The position numbers were made by a program, and so were the translations under genes. Below the pieces are notes generated by a model. It searched no databases, was not told the origin of the DNA, and was given only the letters and a program-made list of their open reading frames with translations. This document shows positions 39,782 through 49,477 of a stretch of DNA of 61,849 nt, piece by piece. Origin of the DNA: a virus. Taxonomy: Duplodnaviria > Caudoviricetes. The DNA lies in the IMG/VR virus record IMGVR_UViG_3300033141_002871, positions 1 to 61,849 of that record; one strand, 5' to 3'. Every line of letters starts with the position of its first letter. The first letter of the stretch is position 1.

Positions 39782-40648
39782 ATGAGAAGATTGATTCTGG
39801 TTCTTCTGGGCGTTCTGCTCGCTTTCTCCGCAGGGGCGGACGCGAAGGTCGGGTACCCGCAGCAGTGCTGCGACAACGCGACGGACCCGACGAGCTGCGA
39901 GTGGTTGACCTGTGACGAGCTGAGGTCCGGCTCCTCCAGCAGCTTGCCGACATACGTCGACCTCTACAGGGTCGGTGGTGTGAGCGTGAACGTCAACGGC
40001 GGGAACCGGGACGGCGGGACACAGACCGTCACGCTGGCCGACGACGATCCGGCGGTGACCTCTCTAGGCGTCATGGACGACTGGGACGCGACGGAGGGCG
40101 AAGCGGCATCGAGCGACGGCGCGACTATCATGGTCGAGGCCAAGTCCTCTCAGAAGAGCGCGGTCGACGACGGGGACGCGGTGATGCCGGTAGCGAACCT
40201 GAACGGTGAGTTGGTGACCGCGGGCTACTCCTGGACCACGAACAGCAACAGGTCCGAGGAGCAGGACCCGATATCTTCTCACCACAATGAGAATACCCTC
40301 TGCGACCTGACGAACATCGCCACCAACACGACCGACTACTGCGGCTACATCGACATGGACGATTACAGGTCGTTGGGAATTCAGATAGAGACCTCGGGTA
40401 CTGCGCCGACCGACGTGTTGACCGTGACGTTCGAGTGCTCGATTCAGGACGACAATACGGCTCCTGCAAGTTGTACGTACCAAGACATAACGAACGACTT
40501 GTTCGGGGTGGCGAGCGTGGTTGACTCAAATGATTTTTGGATTGTCAGTACGCCGCTGCCAGTCAAGTACTGTCGGGTCAAGTACGTTACCTCGAACGAC
40601 GGTGGCAACGACGCCGACCTGACGGTGTTCTACAAGGTACTGTACTGA
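39782..40648 (+). CDS. Sec-signal-peptide, D/T/S- and Cys-rich beta protein
   Basis: MRRLILVLLGVLLAFSAGADA signal; C-terminal domain paralogous to 16950. Confidence 0.75.
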   Translation: MRRLILVLLGVLLAFSAGADAKVGYPQQCCDNATDPTSCEWLTCDELRSGSSSSLPTYVDLYRVGGVSVNVNGGNRDGGTQTVTLADDDPAVTSLGVMDDWDATEGEAASSDGATIMVEAKSSQKSAVDDGDAVMPVANLNGELVTAGYSWTTNSNRSEEQDPISSHHNENTLCDLTNIATNTTDYCGYIDMDDYRSLGIQIETSGTAPTDVLTVTFECSIQDDNTAPASCTYQDITNDLFGVASVVDSNDFWIVSTPLPVKYCRVKYVTSNDGGNDADLTVFYKVLY

Positions 40649-41250
40649 TGCTACCCCGTCGTAGCGCGATATTCCTGGGCCTGGCCGGCCTGCTGCTGGC
40701 GGGCGTCGGCGTGTTCGGCTGGGACGGCTCGAAGTGGTGGCGGGTCAGGGTGGACCAGAACAGCCAGTCGGTCGTGTCCATTCAGGAGGTGCACCATCAC
40801 ATTCACGACGGCGACCATTTCTTTGTCGGCGGCTACGACAGCTTGGACAACGGGGACACCACGGAGTTTGTGATCGACACGCCGGCCACGGGTGAAATCC
40901 ATATGGAGTTCGCCTACAGTTCGAACAAGGCGTACACGCTGGAACTGTGGGAAGGGGCAACGTACACCGGGGGCACTTCGGTGGACCCGGTGAACAGCAA
41001 CCGGCAGAGCACGAACACCGCCGCGCTGGTGGTGAAGAAGAACCCGACGACCGTTGACACCTCGGGGGCAACCAAGCTGCTGGAGATCGCCATAGGCGCC
41101 GGGGGCCGGTTTGCCTCGGCCACGGAGGTAGCCGACAGCCGCGAAAACGAGATGGTGTTGAAACAGTCTGAGGTATATTACTACAAGATCACGAGCAACG
41201 AAGCCGGGGCTACGCTGACCTACCTGGGCTCGTGGTACGAGATTGACTGA
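40648..41250 (+). CDS. Beta-rich protein with N-terminal signal/anchor
   Basis: MLPRRSAIFLGLAGLLLAGVGVFG; TGATG coupling. Confidence 0.7.
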   Translation: MLPRRSAIFLGLAGLLLAGVGVFGWDGSKWWRVRVDQNSQSVVSIQEVHHHIHDGDHFFVGGYDSLDNGDTTEFVIDTPATGEIHMEFAYSSNKAYTLELWEGATYTGGTSVDPVNSNRQSTNTAALVVKKNPTTVDTSGATKLLEIAIGAGGRFASATEVADSRENEMVLKQSEVYYYKITSNEAGATLTYLGSWYEID

Positions 41251-41264
41251 CAGGAGGAACGGAG

Positions 41265-41627
41265 ATGAACACGCGAATCGCACTGGTAATGGCCGCCGCG
41301 CTGGGCATGGCCGTGGGCGGGGCAGGACTGTTGATGGCAAAGAAGGGAGACCGGGAAGTGGTGGACCACACCGTGGACTCGATGAGCGAGCAGGAGCTGA
41401 CGCCCGCTGCCCGGCCGGAGAGACCGTCGCGGCCGCCCGAGTTGACGCCGCAGCAGGTGCGGCAGATCGTCGGCGCACTGCGCGATGTTGAGGCCCACAA
41501 CGGGCTGCTGGGCATCGCCCACGAGTTCGGGTGCTCGCTGGGCCAAGTGAAGATGATCAAGCAGGCCAGGGATCGGCGGTTGCGGGAGCTGCACCCGGCC
41601 GAGCCCGAGCCCGGCGAAATCGAGTAG
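41265..41627 (+). CDS. Membrane-anchored protein with possible HTH
   Basis: N-terminal hydrophobic helix; GIAHEFGCSLGQV. Confidence 0.6.
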   Translation: MNTRIALVMAAALGMAVGGAGLLMAKKGDREVVDHTVDSMSEQELTPAARPERPSRPPELTPQQVRQIVGALRDVEAHNGLLGIAHEFGCSLGQVKMIKQARDRRLRELHPAEPEPGEIE

Positions 41628-41637
41628 GAGCGCGGAC

Positions 41638-42987
41638 ATGAGACGGCTTGCGCTGGCAATGCTGCTGGTGGCCTGTGCCTGGCCGGCGCGGGCTGGTATC
41701 ATCGACGACCTCAAGGCCGAGGGGGTGCTGGTTCTCTACCACGACTATCGGAGCCGCTCGTTCCACGACTTCTCGGGCAACGGCAACGACGGTACGCCTA
41801 CCGATGTCCATTTCTCCGGCAACAGGGGTGTGCGGTTCCCGGCCAGTACTAGCGTAATCACCGTGTCCGATTCGCCGGAACTCCAGTTGACGGAGGGGAC
41901 GCTGGTGGTGTTCGGGGAGTTTTTGAGCCAAGAATATAACGAGCGAATAATCAGCAAGCGAGACAACGGTGGAACGAACTATGAAATGCACTTGCAAGTA
42001 ACTCCGGTTCCTAGGCTCTATTTGTACGATGGCACCTACGGAAGGTTTATTAACGCCAATATTACCGGAAGGAAGTATATTGCGATCAACATGAAGGACG
42101 GGGAAGCATGTGAAGCATACGTAGATGGTGTATCTATCGGATTGTTTTACAACACCAGTGTGATCAGCGTAGACGATGCACCATTGTTGATCGGTCACAG
42201 ATATGGAAATCTTTACAATCTCCGCTCCACCCTCACCGCCGCTCTGATCATCAACCGCAAGCTCACCGCCAGCGAGCACGCCGAACTCTACGCCGAGCTA
42301 TCGGGCATGCGGTGGCCTAGCCGGGGCTTCTTCCGCGACAAGGACGCCGACAGCACGGACGGGCGAGTCCAGTTCGCGACCACCTGGGCGGCGGAAGAAT
42401 CGTACAGCCTGACAAGCGGCTGGATTCCGAACACGCCGCTGAAAATCTCCAGCGGCACCTGGAGCGTGATCACCGAGCAGGTGGACGGCAAGCTCTCGAA
42501 GGTGCTCCGGTGCGACAGCGCGGGCATCGTCTACCTGGACACCAGCATCGTGACCGGGAGCCCGACGGAGGACGCTTATGGGACGTGGGAGTGGTGGTTG
42601 AACAAGGGGGCCAGCACCGTGCCGAACGTGATCTTTGCGTCCAACTCTGCGGGCACCGCTGGCTATCAAATCAAGCTCAAGGCCGACGAATCGGTATACC
42701 TGCAAAAGCTAGCCAGCACAGACCTGGCCTACTCGGCGTCGTCTTACGTGAGCGCGTCCGCATGGCACCGATACCGCGTCACCCGCCGGGATACCGATGG
42801 GCGGTTCCACGTCTACGTCGACGGCTCGCTGATGACCGTGGCCGGTGGCAGCAACCCGGTGACCAACAACGATGTGACCACGGCGGTGGTGCTGGCTCTC
42901 GACCTGGACGCCGGGGACAAGGTGTCCCTCGGCGCCCTGAAGGGCGGCAACCAGCTAGTCAAGTGGCGCGGTGTCAACGCGCCGTAA
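41638..42987 (+). CDS. Signal-peptide LamG/concanavalin-A-like lectin-fold protein
   Basis: MRRLALAMLLVACAWPARA signal; DFSGNGNDGT, IISKRD, YVDG, LLIG, NRKLTASE; second domain WHRYRVTR...VYVDG. Confidence 0.8.
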   Translation: MRRLALAMLLVACAWPARAGIIDDLKAEGVLVLYHDYRSRSFHDFSGNGNDGTPTDVHFSGNRGVRFPASTSVITVSDSPELQLTEGTLVVFGEFLSQEYNERIISKRDNGGTNYEMHLQVTPVPRLYLYDGTYGRFINANITGRKYIAINMKDGEACEAYVDGVSIGLFYNTSVISVDDAPLLIGHRYGNLYNLRSTLTAALIINRKLTASEHAELYAELSGMRWPSRGFFRDKDADSTDGRVQFATTWAAEESYSLTSGWIPNTPLKISSGTWSVITEQVDGKLSKVLRCDSAGIVYLDTSIVTGSPTEDAYGTWEWWLNKGASTVPNVIFASNSAGTAGYQIKLKADESVYLQKLASTDLAYSASSYVSASAWHRYRVTRRDTDGRFHVYVDGSLMTVAGGSNPVTNNDVTTAVVLALDLDAGDKVSLGALKGGNQLVKWRGVNAP

Positions 42988-42999
42988 AGGAGGCCCACG

Positions 43000-43152
43000 A
43001 TGACGACACGGAGACCGAGAAGGGACGGAAGCGGCAGAGGCAGGGGACAGCCCGGAGGAGGCCGGCGCGGCCGGAACACGGGCGGTTGCTCGAAGGGCGG
43101 CCCCGGCCACGGCAGGGGTGGCGGACGTGGGAGAGGTACGGGGAGGAGATAG
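43000..43152 (+). CDS. 50-aa Arg/Gly-rich protein (not in ORF track)
   Basis: AAGGAGG RBS; MTTRRPRRDGSGRGRGQPGGGRRGRNTGGCSKGGPGHGRGGGRGRGTGRR. Confidence 0.65.
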   Translation: MTTRRPRRDGSGRGRGQPGGGRRGRNTGGCSKGGPGHGRGGGRGRGTGRR

Positions 43153-43346
43153 TGAAGGTGAAGCGGACGAGGCTGTGCCCGAGCTGCGGGTCCATTCAGC
43201 GCGTCGGCTATCCGTGCTCTGTCTGCCGCTACCCAATATGCGAGGAGAAGATGCAGGAGCCGTTGAAACGATGTCCCGACTGTGGCACGATGATTCCTGC
43301 GGACGGTATTTGCCCCTGGTGCGGCAATGACAATAGGAGCGGCTGA
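43152..43346 (+). CDS. Small double zinc-ribbon protein
   Basis: GGAGG RBS, GTG start; four CxxC pairs. Confidence 0.65.
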   Translation: MKVKRTRLCPSCGSIQRVGYPCSVCRYPICEEKMQEPLKRCPDCGTMIPADGICPWCGNDNRSG

Positions 43347-44047
43347 TGGCGACCCTGTCAGACATGAGAGACGAGGTGAGGCGGAGGATCGGAAGCCCGG
43401 ACACCACCGAGGTTCCGAACAGCGACATCGAGGCGGTGATTCAGAGCGAGGCGCTTGACTGGCTGAACAGGAGGCTCCCGGGTCGGAAGATCTCCTCGTT
43501 CACGACGGTCAAGGACCAGCAGGACTACGATGAGAAGCCGGCCAACGCCTACCTCGTGACTGCCGTCTGGTGGATGGAGAGCGACTTCCAGTTCTTCTCC
43601 CCGTCGATGAAGTACGTCGCGCAGGACCAGGACATCAACGAGAAGCTGGCGGGGTTCGACATCTACAAGGACACTGCGCTGGTCGAGGCGTTCTACAAGC
43701 AGCTTGAGACGTACAAGCACAACTTCAAGGGGGAGGGCTTCGAGACGGACGAGGGGAAGATCCGGCTGGAGCCCGTCCCGTCCTCCGGGGGAGACACGGT
43801 CTACTTCGAGTACAGCTACCCGAGGTGGAGCGACCCGACGGGCGTTCCGGACCGCCTTGTTCCCGGACTGAAGAAGAAGGCCGCCGCGATAATCCTCGAC
43901 TACCTGGCCGTGAGGCGCGGCCGGGTAAGGGGCGGCCGCAACTTCACCGGGGGCGGGGGAGAGAGGGAGGCGAACCTTGCCGGGAAGTTCCACGCGGAGG
44001 CGGATGGGGAGGTTCCGGCGCTAACAGTCGCTATCGGGCGGGGATGA
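43346..44047 (+). CDS. Head-tail adaptor/neck protein candidate
   Basis: MATLSDMRDEVRRRIG, FTTVKDQQDY, IRLEPVP pattern typical of adaptors; position after the capsid module. Confidence 0.65.
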   Translation: MATLSDMRDEVRRRIGSPDTTEVPNSDIEAVIQSEALDWLNRRLPGRKISSFTTVKDQQDYDEKPANAYLVTAVWWMESDFQFFSPSMKYVAQDQDINEKLAGFDIYKDTALVEAFYKQLETYKHNFKGEGFETDEGKIRLEPVPSSGGDTVYFEYSYPRWSDPTGVPDRLVPGLKKKAAAIILDYLAVRRGRVRGGRNFTGGGGEREANLAGKFHAEADGEVPALTVAIGRG

Positions 44048-46908
44048 TGAGCAAGAAAAAGGGTCGTCCTCTGTGGAGACAGAACGTCAGCGGGAAGCGG
44101 CAGATCGTCTCGCAGTATCCGAAATCAATCGTTGTGGAGCCTGGAGAGTGGGTGAGATCGGACGTCGTCGGCTGGGACACAGACGATTTCTCGGAGCCTA
44201 CAAAGATGAGTTCGTCGTTCAGTCGGATGGCAGAGGTGCGGGACGTGCACGGAAACGTCGTGCGGATTCTCGTTCCTGATACCGGGCCAACATCTCCAGG
44301 CGTCGAGGTTCCGGGAGGATCCGTCTCCATTGTTGTTCCGGTCTATGGACAGCACGAGTACCTGGCGGAGTGTCTCCGGGCGATCCGGAGGTCCAGTTCC
44401 CACGCCTTGGCGGAGGTCGTGGTCGTCGACGACAAGCCGGACGAGCCGGTCCCGGACGAGTTGGCGGCCGGGTGCGTTCTGGTGCGGAACGAGAGGAACG
44501 TGGGGTTCGGTGCCGCGTGCAACCGGGGCGCGGAGAAGTCGGCCGCCCCGTGGATTCTGTTCCTGAACAGCGACTGCGTGCCGGCCGGGGACTGGCTCTC
44601 GGATCTGCTCCGGACCGCGAGGCGGATGGCCGCGGAGGTGGTCGGAGCGCGGCTCCTCTACCCTCAGAGCCGCTCGGTGCAGCACGGCGGGATGAAGCGG
44701 GACGGTGACCTGTTCGTCCACGAGAAGGGAAAGTTGTCGGAGTTCTCGGAGGATCGGCACGTCCTCGCGGTCAGCGGGGCCTGCATGCTGGTGAGTCGGC
44801 AGGCGTGGGAGAGGCTCGGCGGGTTCGATCCGGAGTACGGGAAGGGGTACTTCGAGGACGTCGACCTGTGCCTGAGCTGGATCGAGGTCGGCGGCAGGGT
44901 CGCCTACTGCGGCTCGACGGAGATCGAGCACCACGAGTCGGTGTCGCAGGGGAAGCGGACGAAGGAGTGGGAGGAGCGGTTACAGAGGTCCGCCTCCGTG
45001 TTCCGGAAGAAGTGGCCGGCGACGCGGCTGGACGCGGCTGTAGAGAAGTATCCGCCGGTCCCGAGGGTGGATATCGTGGTCGCGGTGCACAACGCGCTGA
45101 GGCAGACGGCGGACTGCCTCAGGTCAATCGAGGAGAGGACTCCCGGCTGGATCGACTGGGAGGTGACGGTCCTGGACGACGCGAGCGAGCGGTTCGTCTC
45201 CGAGTGGCTCCGGGCCTGGTGCCGGGAGCACGAGAGGTTCTGCTACGTCCGGAGCGAGGTGAACCGTGGCTACCTTTCCTCGATAGACGAGGCAACGAGA
45301 ATCACTAGCCGTGAGTGGATCTGCTACGTGAACAGCGACGTCATCGTTACGGACGGCTGGCTCGGCGCGATGCTCTGCGCCGCCGAGGCCGACCCGAGGG
45401 TCAAGATCGTGAACCCGCACACGAACAGCGCCGCCCACCTGTCGATCCAACCGCCGCCCGGCTCCAACTACGTTGATGCAGACGCCCGGCTCATGGTGTC
45501 GAGCCCGCGCCGCAGGTTCGACGTCGTGACCCCGGTCGGCTTCTGCATGTTGGTCGAGCGGGAGGCCCTGGCCGAGTGCGGCGGCTGGGACGTCGAGTAC
45601 TACGGGAGGGGGTACGGCGAGGAGTGCGACCTCTACATGAGGATGCTGGAGCGCGGGTACAGGTCGGTCGTCGCGGACGACTGCTACGTCCTGCACGAGG
45701 GCGGGGCGACGTTCGGCCTGTTCGGCAGCAAGGCGGACCAGGAGCGGGCCGGCTACCTCCGCTTCATGAAGCGGTGGAAGGCAGGCATCGAGCCGATGCT
45801 GGCCCGGTTCAACCGGGAGGCCCCGCACCGGGTCTCCGAGGCCGCGATGACCGGGGCGACGACGGAGCGTCCGAGGGTCGTGTTCGCCTTCTCCGGGGAG
45901 GCGACCCTATGCGGCGGGGTGCTGGCGGTCGTCCACATCTGCAACCGGCTAATCGAGCACGGGTGGAACGCCACGTTCGCCTGCACGAGGCTCTCCCCCG
46001 AGACCCTGAAGCTGCTCGGCGCGAGGTTCAGGCCCCTGGTCTACTCGGATCGGGCGAGACTGATTTCCGGCCTGGCGGCCCAGGCACCCGCCGTGATCGT
46101 GGCGACGATCTGGTTCAGCGTGCGGGACGTGCTGGCGGCCTGCGGGAAGGCCGAGGGACTCGTTCCCGCTTACTTCGTCCAGGACGTCGAGTACATGTTT
46201 CGGTATCCGAGCGGGGAGCCCTACGTCTCGGAGGAGGAGGTCGTCGGGACGTGGCTGTCGATTGACAGCATTGTGGCCAATTCGGACTGGGTTCTGGAGA
46301 CCATTCGCGAGAAGACTGGGGATTCCTCTCTGGGCCGGAAGATCGGGATCGGGGTGGACCCGCTAGTATTCTACCCGAGGGAGAAGCCGTCCGACCGGAT
46401 CGTCGTGATGGCGCATTGCCGACCGTCGACTCCTCGGAGAGGATGGGACGTGCTGGCAAGGGTTCTGGCCGGGCTGAAGGCGTCGTTCGGGGACGCTGTG
46501 CGGACGGTCGTCTACGACCAGAAGCCGGTCGGCATTCGAGTCGACGAGTCGATGGGCCGGGTTTCCCCGCACGAGCTGGCGAGGCGGATGGGGGAGGCGC
46601 ACCTGTTCCTGGAGGGCTCCAGGTTCCAGGGCTGGGGAATGCAGGCCCTGGAGGCGATGTCGTGCGGCTGCGCTTTAGTGAGTACGGAGAACCGGGGCAT
46701 CGACAACTACGGTACGGACGGCTACGACTGCGTCGTTGTTCCTCCCCACTCTCCGGAGGCGATGCTCGGGGCGGCGAGCGCATTGGTACGTGATGCCGGT
46801 TTGAGGGCTGGTATCGGGCACTGCGCACGCGAAACTGCCAAGCGGTTCGACTGGTCGGTCGTCGGGGAGGCGTGGCACGGATTCCTCTCCGATTTATTTA
46901 GCGGATAA
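44044..46908 (+). CDS. Multidomain glycosyltransferase (GT2-GT2-GT4-like) with N-terminal motif
   Basis: SIVVPVY, NVGFGAACN, FLNSD, YFEDVD; second GT2 VNSD, YGEECD; GT-B CGGV, QGWGMQALEAMSCG. Confidence 0.9.
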   Translation: MMSKKKGRPLWRQNVSGKRQIVSQYPKSIVVEPGEWVRSDVVGWDTDDFSEPTKMSSSFSRMAEVRDVHGNVVRILVPDTGPTSPGVEVPGGSVSIVVPVYGQHEYLAECLRAIRRSSSHALAEVVVVDDKPDEPVPDELAAGCVLVRNERNVGFGAACNRGAEKSAAPWILFLNSDCVPAGDWLSDLLRTARRMAAEVVGARLLYPQSRSVQHGGMKRDGDLFVHEKGKLSEFSEDRHVLAVSGACMLVSRQAWERLGGFDPEYGKGYFEDVDLCLSWIEVGGRVAYCGSTEIEHHESVSQGKRTKEWEERLQRSASVFRKKWPATRLDAAVEKYPPVPRVDIVVAVHNALRQTADCLRSIEERTPGWIDWEVTVLDDASERFVSEWLRAWCREHERFCYVRSEVNRGYLSSIDEATRITSREWICYVNSDVIVTDGWLGAMLCAAEADPRVKIVNPHTNSAAHLSIQPPPGSNYVDADARLMVSSPRRRFDVVTPVGFCMLVEREALAECGGWDVEYYGRGYGEECDLYMRMLERGYRSVVADDCYVLHEGGATFGLFGSKADQERAGYLRFMKRWKAGIEPMLARFNREAPHRVSEAAMTGATTERPRVVFAFSGEATLCGGVLAVVHICNRLIEHGWNATFACTRLSPETLKLLGARFRPLVYSDRARLISGLAAQAPAVIVATIWFSVRDVLAACGKAEGLVPAYFVQDVEYMFRYPSGEPYVSEEEVVGTWLSIDSIVANSDWVLETIREKTGDSSLGRKIGIGVDPLVFYPREKPSDRIVVMAHCRPSTPRRGWDVLARVLAGLKASFGDAVRTVVYDQKPVGIRVDESMGRVSPHELARRMGEAHLFLEGSRFQGWGMQALEAMSCGCALVSTENRGIDNYGTDGYDCVVVPPHSPEAMLGAASALVRDAGLRAGIGHCARETAKRFDWSVVGEAWHGFLSDLFSG

Positions 46909-46912
46909 ATAA
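46894..46912. promoter_or_regulatory. 19-bp palindromic site, copy 7
   Basis: TTATTTAGCGGATAAATAA overlapping the GT stop codon. Confidence 0.75.
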
Positions 46913-46923
46913 GGGAGGTCCCG

Positions 46924-47934
46924 ATGAGGATCATGTTGAACAACTACTCGTATCCTGGCCTGGTCCGCGCGCTGGAGGATGCGGGGCACGAGGTCCTCGG
47001 GAAGACCGCCGGGCCGGACGAGTTCAACTGGTGGCATCACCTGATCAACCTGGGGAGGTCAAACGAGGAGTACGACGCGATTCTCCGCTCCCAGATCGAG
47101 GAGCACCGGCCCGACGTCTACTTGTGCGGCAAGGGCTGGCACTTCTCGAAGATGATCTCTCCGGAGACGACCGAGTGGATTCGGGAGAGGGTCGGCTGCA
47201 CCCTGTACTGGAGCCTCGACGATCCGGACTTCATGCAGACGTTCTCGGAGCTGGAGATGTGGCGCGGCTACGACGTCGCCCTGACCTGCTGCGGCGAGTG
47301 CGTGAGGCAGTACGAGGAGATGGGTCTGGAGGCGCACCTGTTCTGGCCGGCCTGGGACCAGGAGGCGAGGGAGCCGGTCGTCGAGGTCCCGGAGGACAAG
47401 AGGTTCGCTGACTTCCTGATCGTCGGGACTCCCTACGCGCACACGGTTCCGGCGAGGCGGGACGTCGCGAAGGCGGTGTCGGAGCTGGGCGCGGACCTCT
47501 GGCTCTACGGTCCTGATAGCTGGGTGAAGCAGGAGCACGGCGGTTACTCGTCGCTCTGGAAGCACTACCACGGGTACTGGAAGGAGTGGGGCAGGGTCCA
47601 CGACCTGTTCGCCGGTGCCAGGGTCAACTTCTCGAATCATGTCAGGCGGGCCGAGGGTTACTTGAATGATCGGGTTCCGATGGTGATGGGGGTTGGCGGG
47701 GTGCTCTTTCTCGACCGGCAGCCGGGCCTGGACAAGTGGTTCGTCGACGGGGAGGAGGTCGTGTTCTTCGACGACCTGAAGGACCTCGTCTCGAAGCTGA
47801 TGTACTACCTTCCGAGGCCGGAAGAGAGGGCGAGGATCGGCAGGGCCGCGAGGGAGAAGACGCTGTCGGCGCACACGTACAGGCACCGGGCTGAGCAGCT
47901 CCTTGACATCCTGGCGGCGAGGGGGCTGAAGTGA
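46924..47934 (+). CDS. CgeB-like GT-B glycosyltransferase
   Basis: WSLDDP, LNDRV, F.DGEEVVFF, R.RIGRAARE..L..HTY.HRA. Confidence 0.85.
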   Translation: MRIMLNNYSYPGLVRALEDAGHEVLGKTAGPDEFNWWHHLINLGRSNEEYDAILRSQIEEHRPDVYLCGKGWHFSKMISPETTEWIRERVGCTLYWSLDDPDFMQTFSELEMWRGYDVALTCCGECVRQYEEMGLEAHLFWPAWDQEAREPVVEVPEDKRFADFLIVGTPYAHTVPARRDVAKAVSELGADLWLYGPDSWVKQEHGGYSSLWKHYHGYWKEWGRVHDLFAGARVNFSNHVRRAEGYLNDRVPMVMGVGGVLFLDRQPGLDKWFVDGEEVVFFDDLKDLVSKLMYYLPRPEERARIGRAAREKTLSAHTYRHRAEQLLDILAARGLK

Positions 47935-48353
47935 AGACCCGGGGTAACGTAAACGTCCATCCGACCGCGGAGATTCGCAGCGACGTGGAGCAGGTGTCGA
48001 TGATTGCCCTGGAGGGCGGCTTGATTGAGATCGGGGAGGGAGTGTTCGTCAACAACGGGGTCTGGATTCGCTCCGCGGCAAGCGTGTCTATCGGAGCCTG
48101 GTCGAAGATCGGCCCGAGAGTGATGATCATGGATTCCGACTCCCACGACACCGCTCCGGGACACGGGCCAGCGTCGGGGGCGAAGCCGGTCGTCATTGAG
48201 GAGGACGTCTGGATCGGGGCTGGGGCGATCATCCTGAAAGGTGTCCGGATCGGAAAGCACTCGGTCGTCGGAGCCGGCTCCGTAGTTACCCGGGACATAC
48301 CTGCGTCCACCATCGTTGCCGGAAACCCTGCGAGGGTTCTGAGGCAGGTATGA
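47931..48353 (+). CDS. Hexapeptide-repeat sugar O-acetyltransferase
   Basis: DSDSH, PVVIEEDVWIGAGAIILKGVRIG, VGAGSVVTRDIP, AGNPAR. Confidence 0.92.
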   Translation: MKTRGNVNVHPTAEIRSDVEQVSMIALEGGLIEIGEGVFVNNGVWIRSAASVSIGAWSKIGPRVMIMDSDSHDTAPGHGPASGAKPVVIEEDVWIGAGAIILKGVRIGKHSVVGAGSVVTRDIPASTIVAGNPARVLRQV

Positions 48354-49477
48354 GGCTCCTTTTTGTCAACCCGAGGGGGAGCGTTTCGGACGGCAAGTGG
48401 CTGCCGCTCGGGTTCGCCGGCGTGGCGACCCTGGCGATTCGGGCCGGGCACGAGGTGCTCCTTGTCGACGAAGAAGCGGGCCGTGGGTTCTCCGGGAAGG
48501 ATCTGGGCTGGTGCGACGTCGTTTGCGTAACTGGGATGACTCATCAGGCTGCCGGGATTCGGAGAGTCGCTGAGAGATCTCTGGAGGTCGGTCGGCGGGT
48601 GATTGTCGGCGGCGTGCACGCGAGCCTGACAGCGGACGGACTGCCGGAGGGCGCGGAGAGGTTCCGGGGGCCTGCAGAACATGCCTTTCTGGAGGCCCTG
48701 GAGGCCCCTGGGAGCGCGAGGGCCGGAAGACCCGACCCGGACCACCTGATGCCGCCGAACAGGCTCAGAACGGGCTGGAGGCGCTACAGGGAGGCGGTTG
48801 ATGGCAGGAGGGCAGCGCGGGTTCTCGGAGCGGTGGGCTGCCCGTTCCGATGCAAGTACTGCTGCAACCGGACACTGACCGGCGGACGATTCAAGCCGAG
48901 GTCCCCCGGTTCAGTCGCCAGGGAATTCAAGTGGCTGAAGCGGGAGGGGGTGGAGATCGTCCTGTTCGCGATGTCCGCCTTCTCGATCCGGCGCGCCTGG
49001 GTCGAGGACGTGTGTGGGCGACTGGCGAAGATCGGCATTCCTTGGCGGGCGACGACCCGGGTGGACCTGGTAGACGCCGATCTGCTTCGGACGATGAAGG
49101 CCGGAGGATGCGAGCGGCTCGGGTTCGGGGTGGAGTCGGGAGACGACGAGATTCTGAGGATCATCGGCAAGGGGACGACCGTGGAGCAGGCGGAACGCGC
49201 CTTCCGGCTCTGCCGAGAGGTTGGACTAGATACTTGGGCGATGTTGATGACCCACGTGCCCGGGGAGACTCATGCGAGCCTGCGGAGAACAAGGAGATTC
49301 GCCGATCGGCTCCGTTCCGAGTTCGGGGCTGAAGTGACCTTCCAGCGGTTCAGTCCGCTACCCGGCAGCGCGTTCTGGGACGAGCTGGACCGGTGGGGAG
49401 TGGTCGACGAGGCGGACGGGACCGGGTTCGGCCCGGTCAAGTTCACGCCCTGGGACTTCGTGGAGGTGGGGAGATGA
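48350..49477 (+). CDS. B12-binding radical SAM protein (class B methyltransferase-like)
   Basis: PLG, IVGGVHAS, GCPFRCKYC, FGVESG, PGET, PLPGS. Confidence 0.9.
   Translation: MRLLFVNPRGSVSDGKWLPLGFAGVATLAIRAGHEVLLVDEEAGRGFSGKDLGWCDVVCVTGMTHQAAGIRRVAERSLEVGRRVIVGGVHASLTADGLPEGAERFRGPAEHAFLEALEAPGSARAGRPDPDHLMPPNRLRTGWRRYREAVDGRRAARVLGAVGCPFRCKYCCNRTLTGGRFKPRSPGSVAREFKWLKREGVEIVLFAMSAFSIRRAWVEDVCGRLAKIGIPWRATTRVDLVDADLLRTMKAGGCERLGFGVESGDDEILRIIGKGTTVEQAERAFRLCREVGLDTWAMLMTHVPGETHASLRRTRRFADRLRSEFGAEVTFQRFSPLPGSAFWDELDRWGVVDEADGTGFGPVKFTPWDFVEVGR

Noticed and set aside
16950-40648. Paralogue pair as a DGR template/variable repeat
   Set aside because: Similarity is at protein level only, not adenine-specific DNA mismatches; no reverse transcriptase in the window
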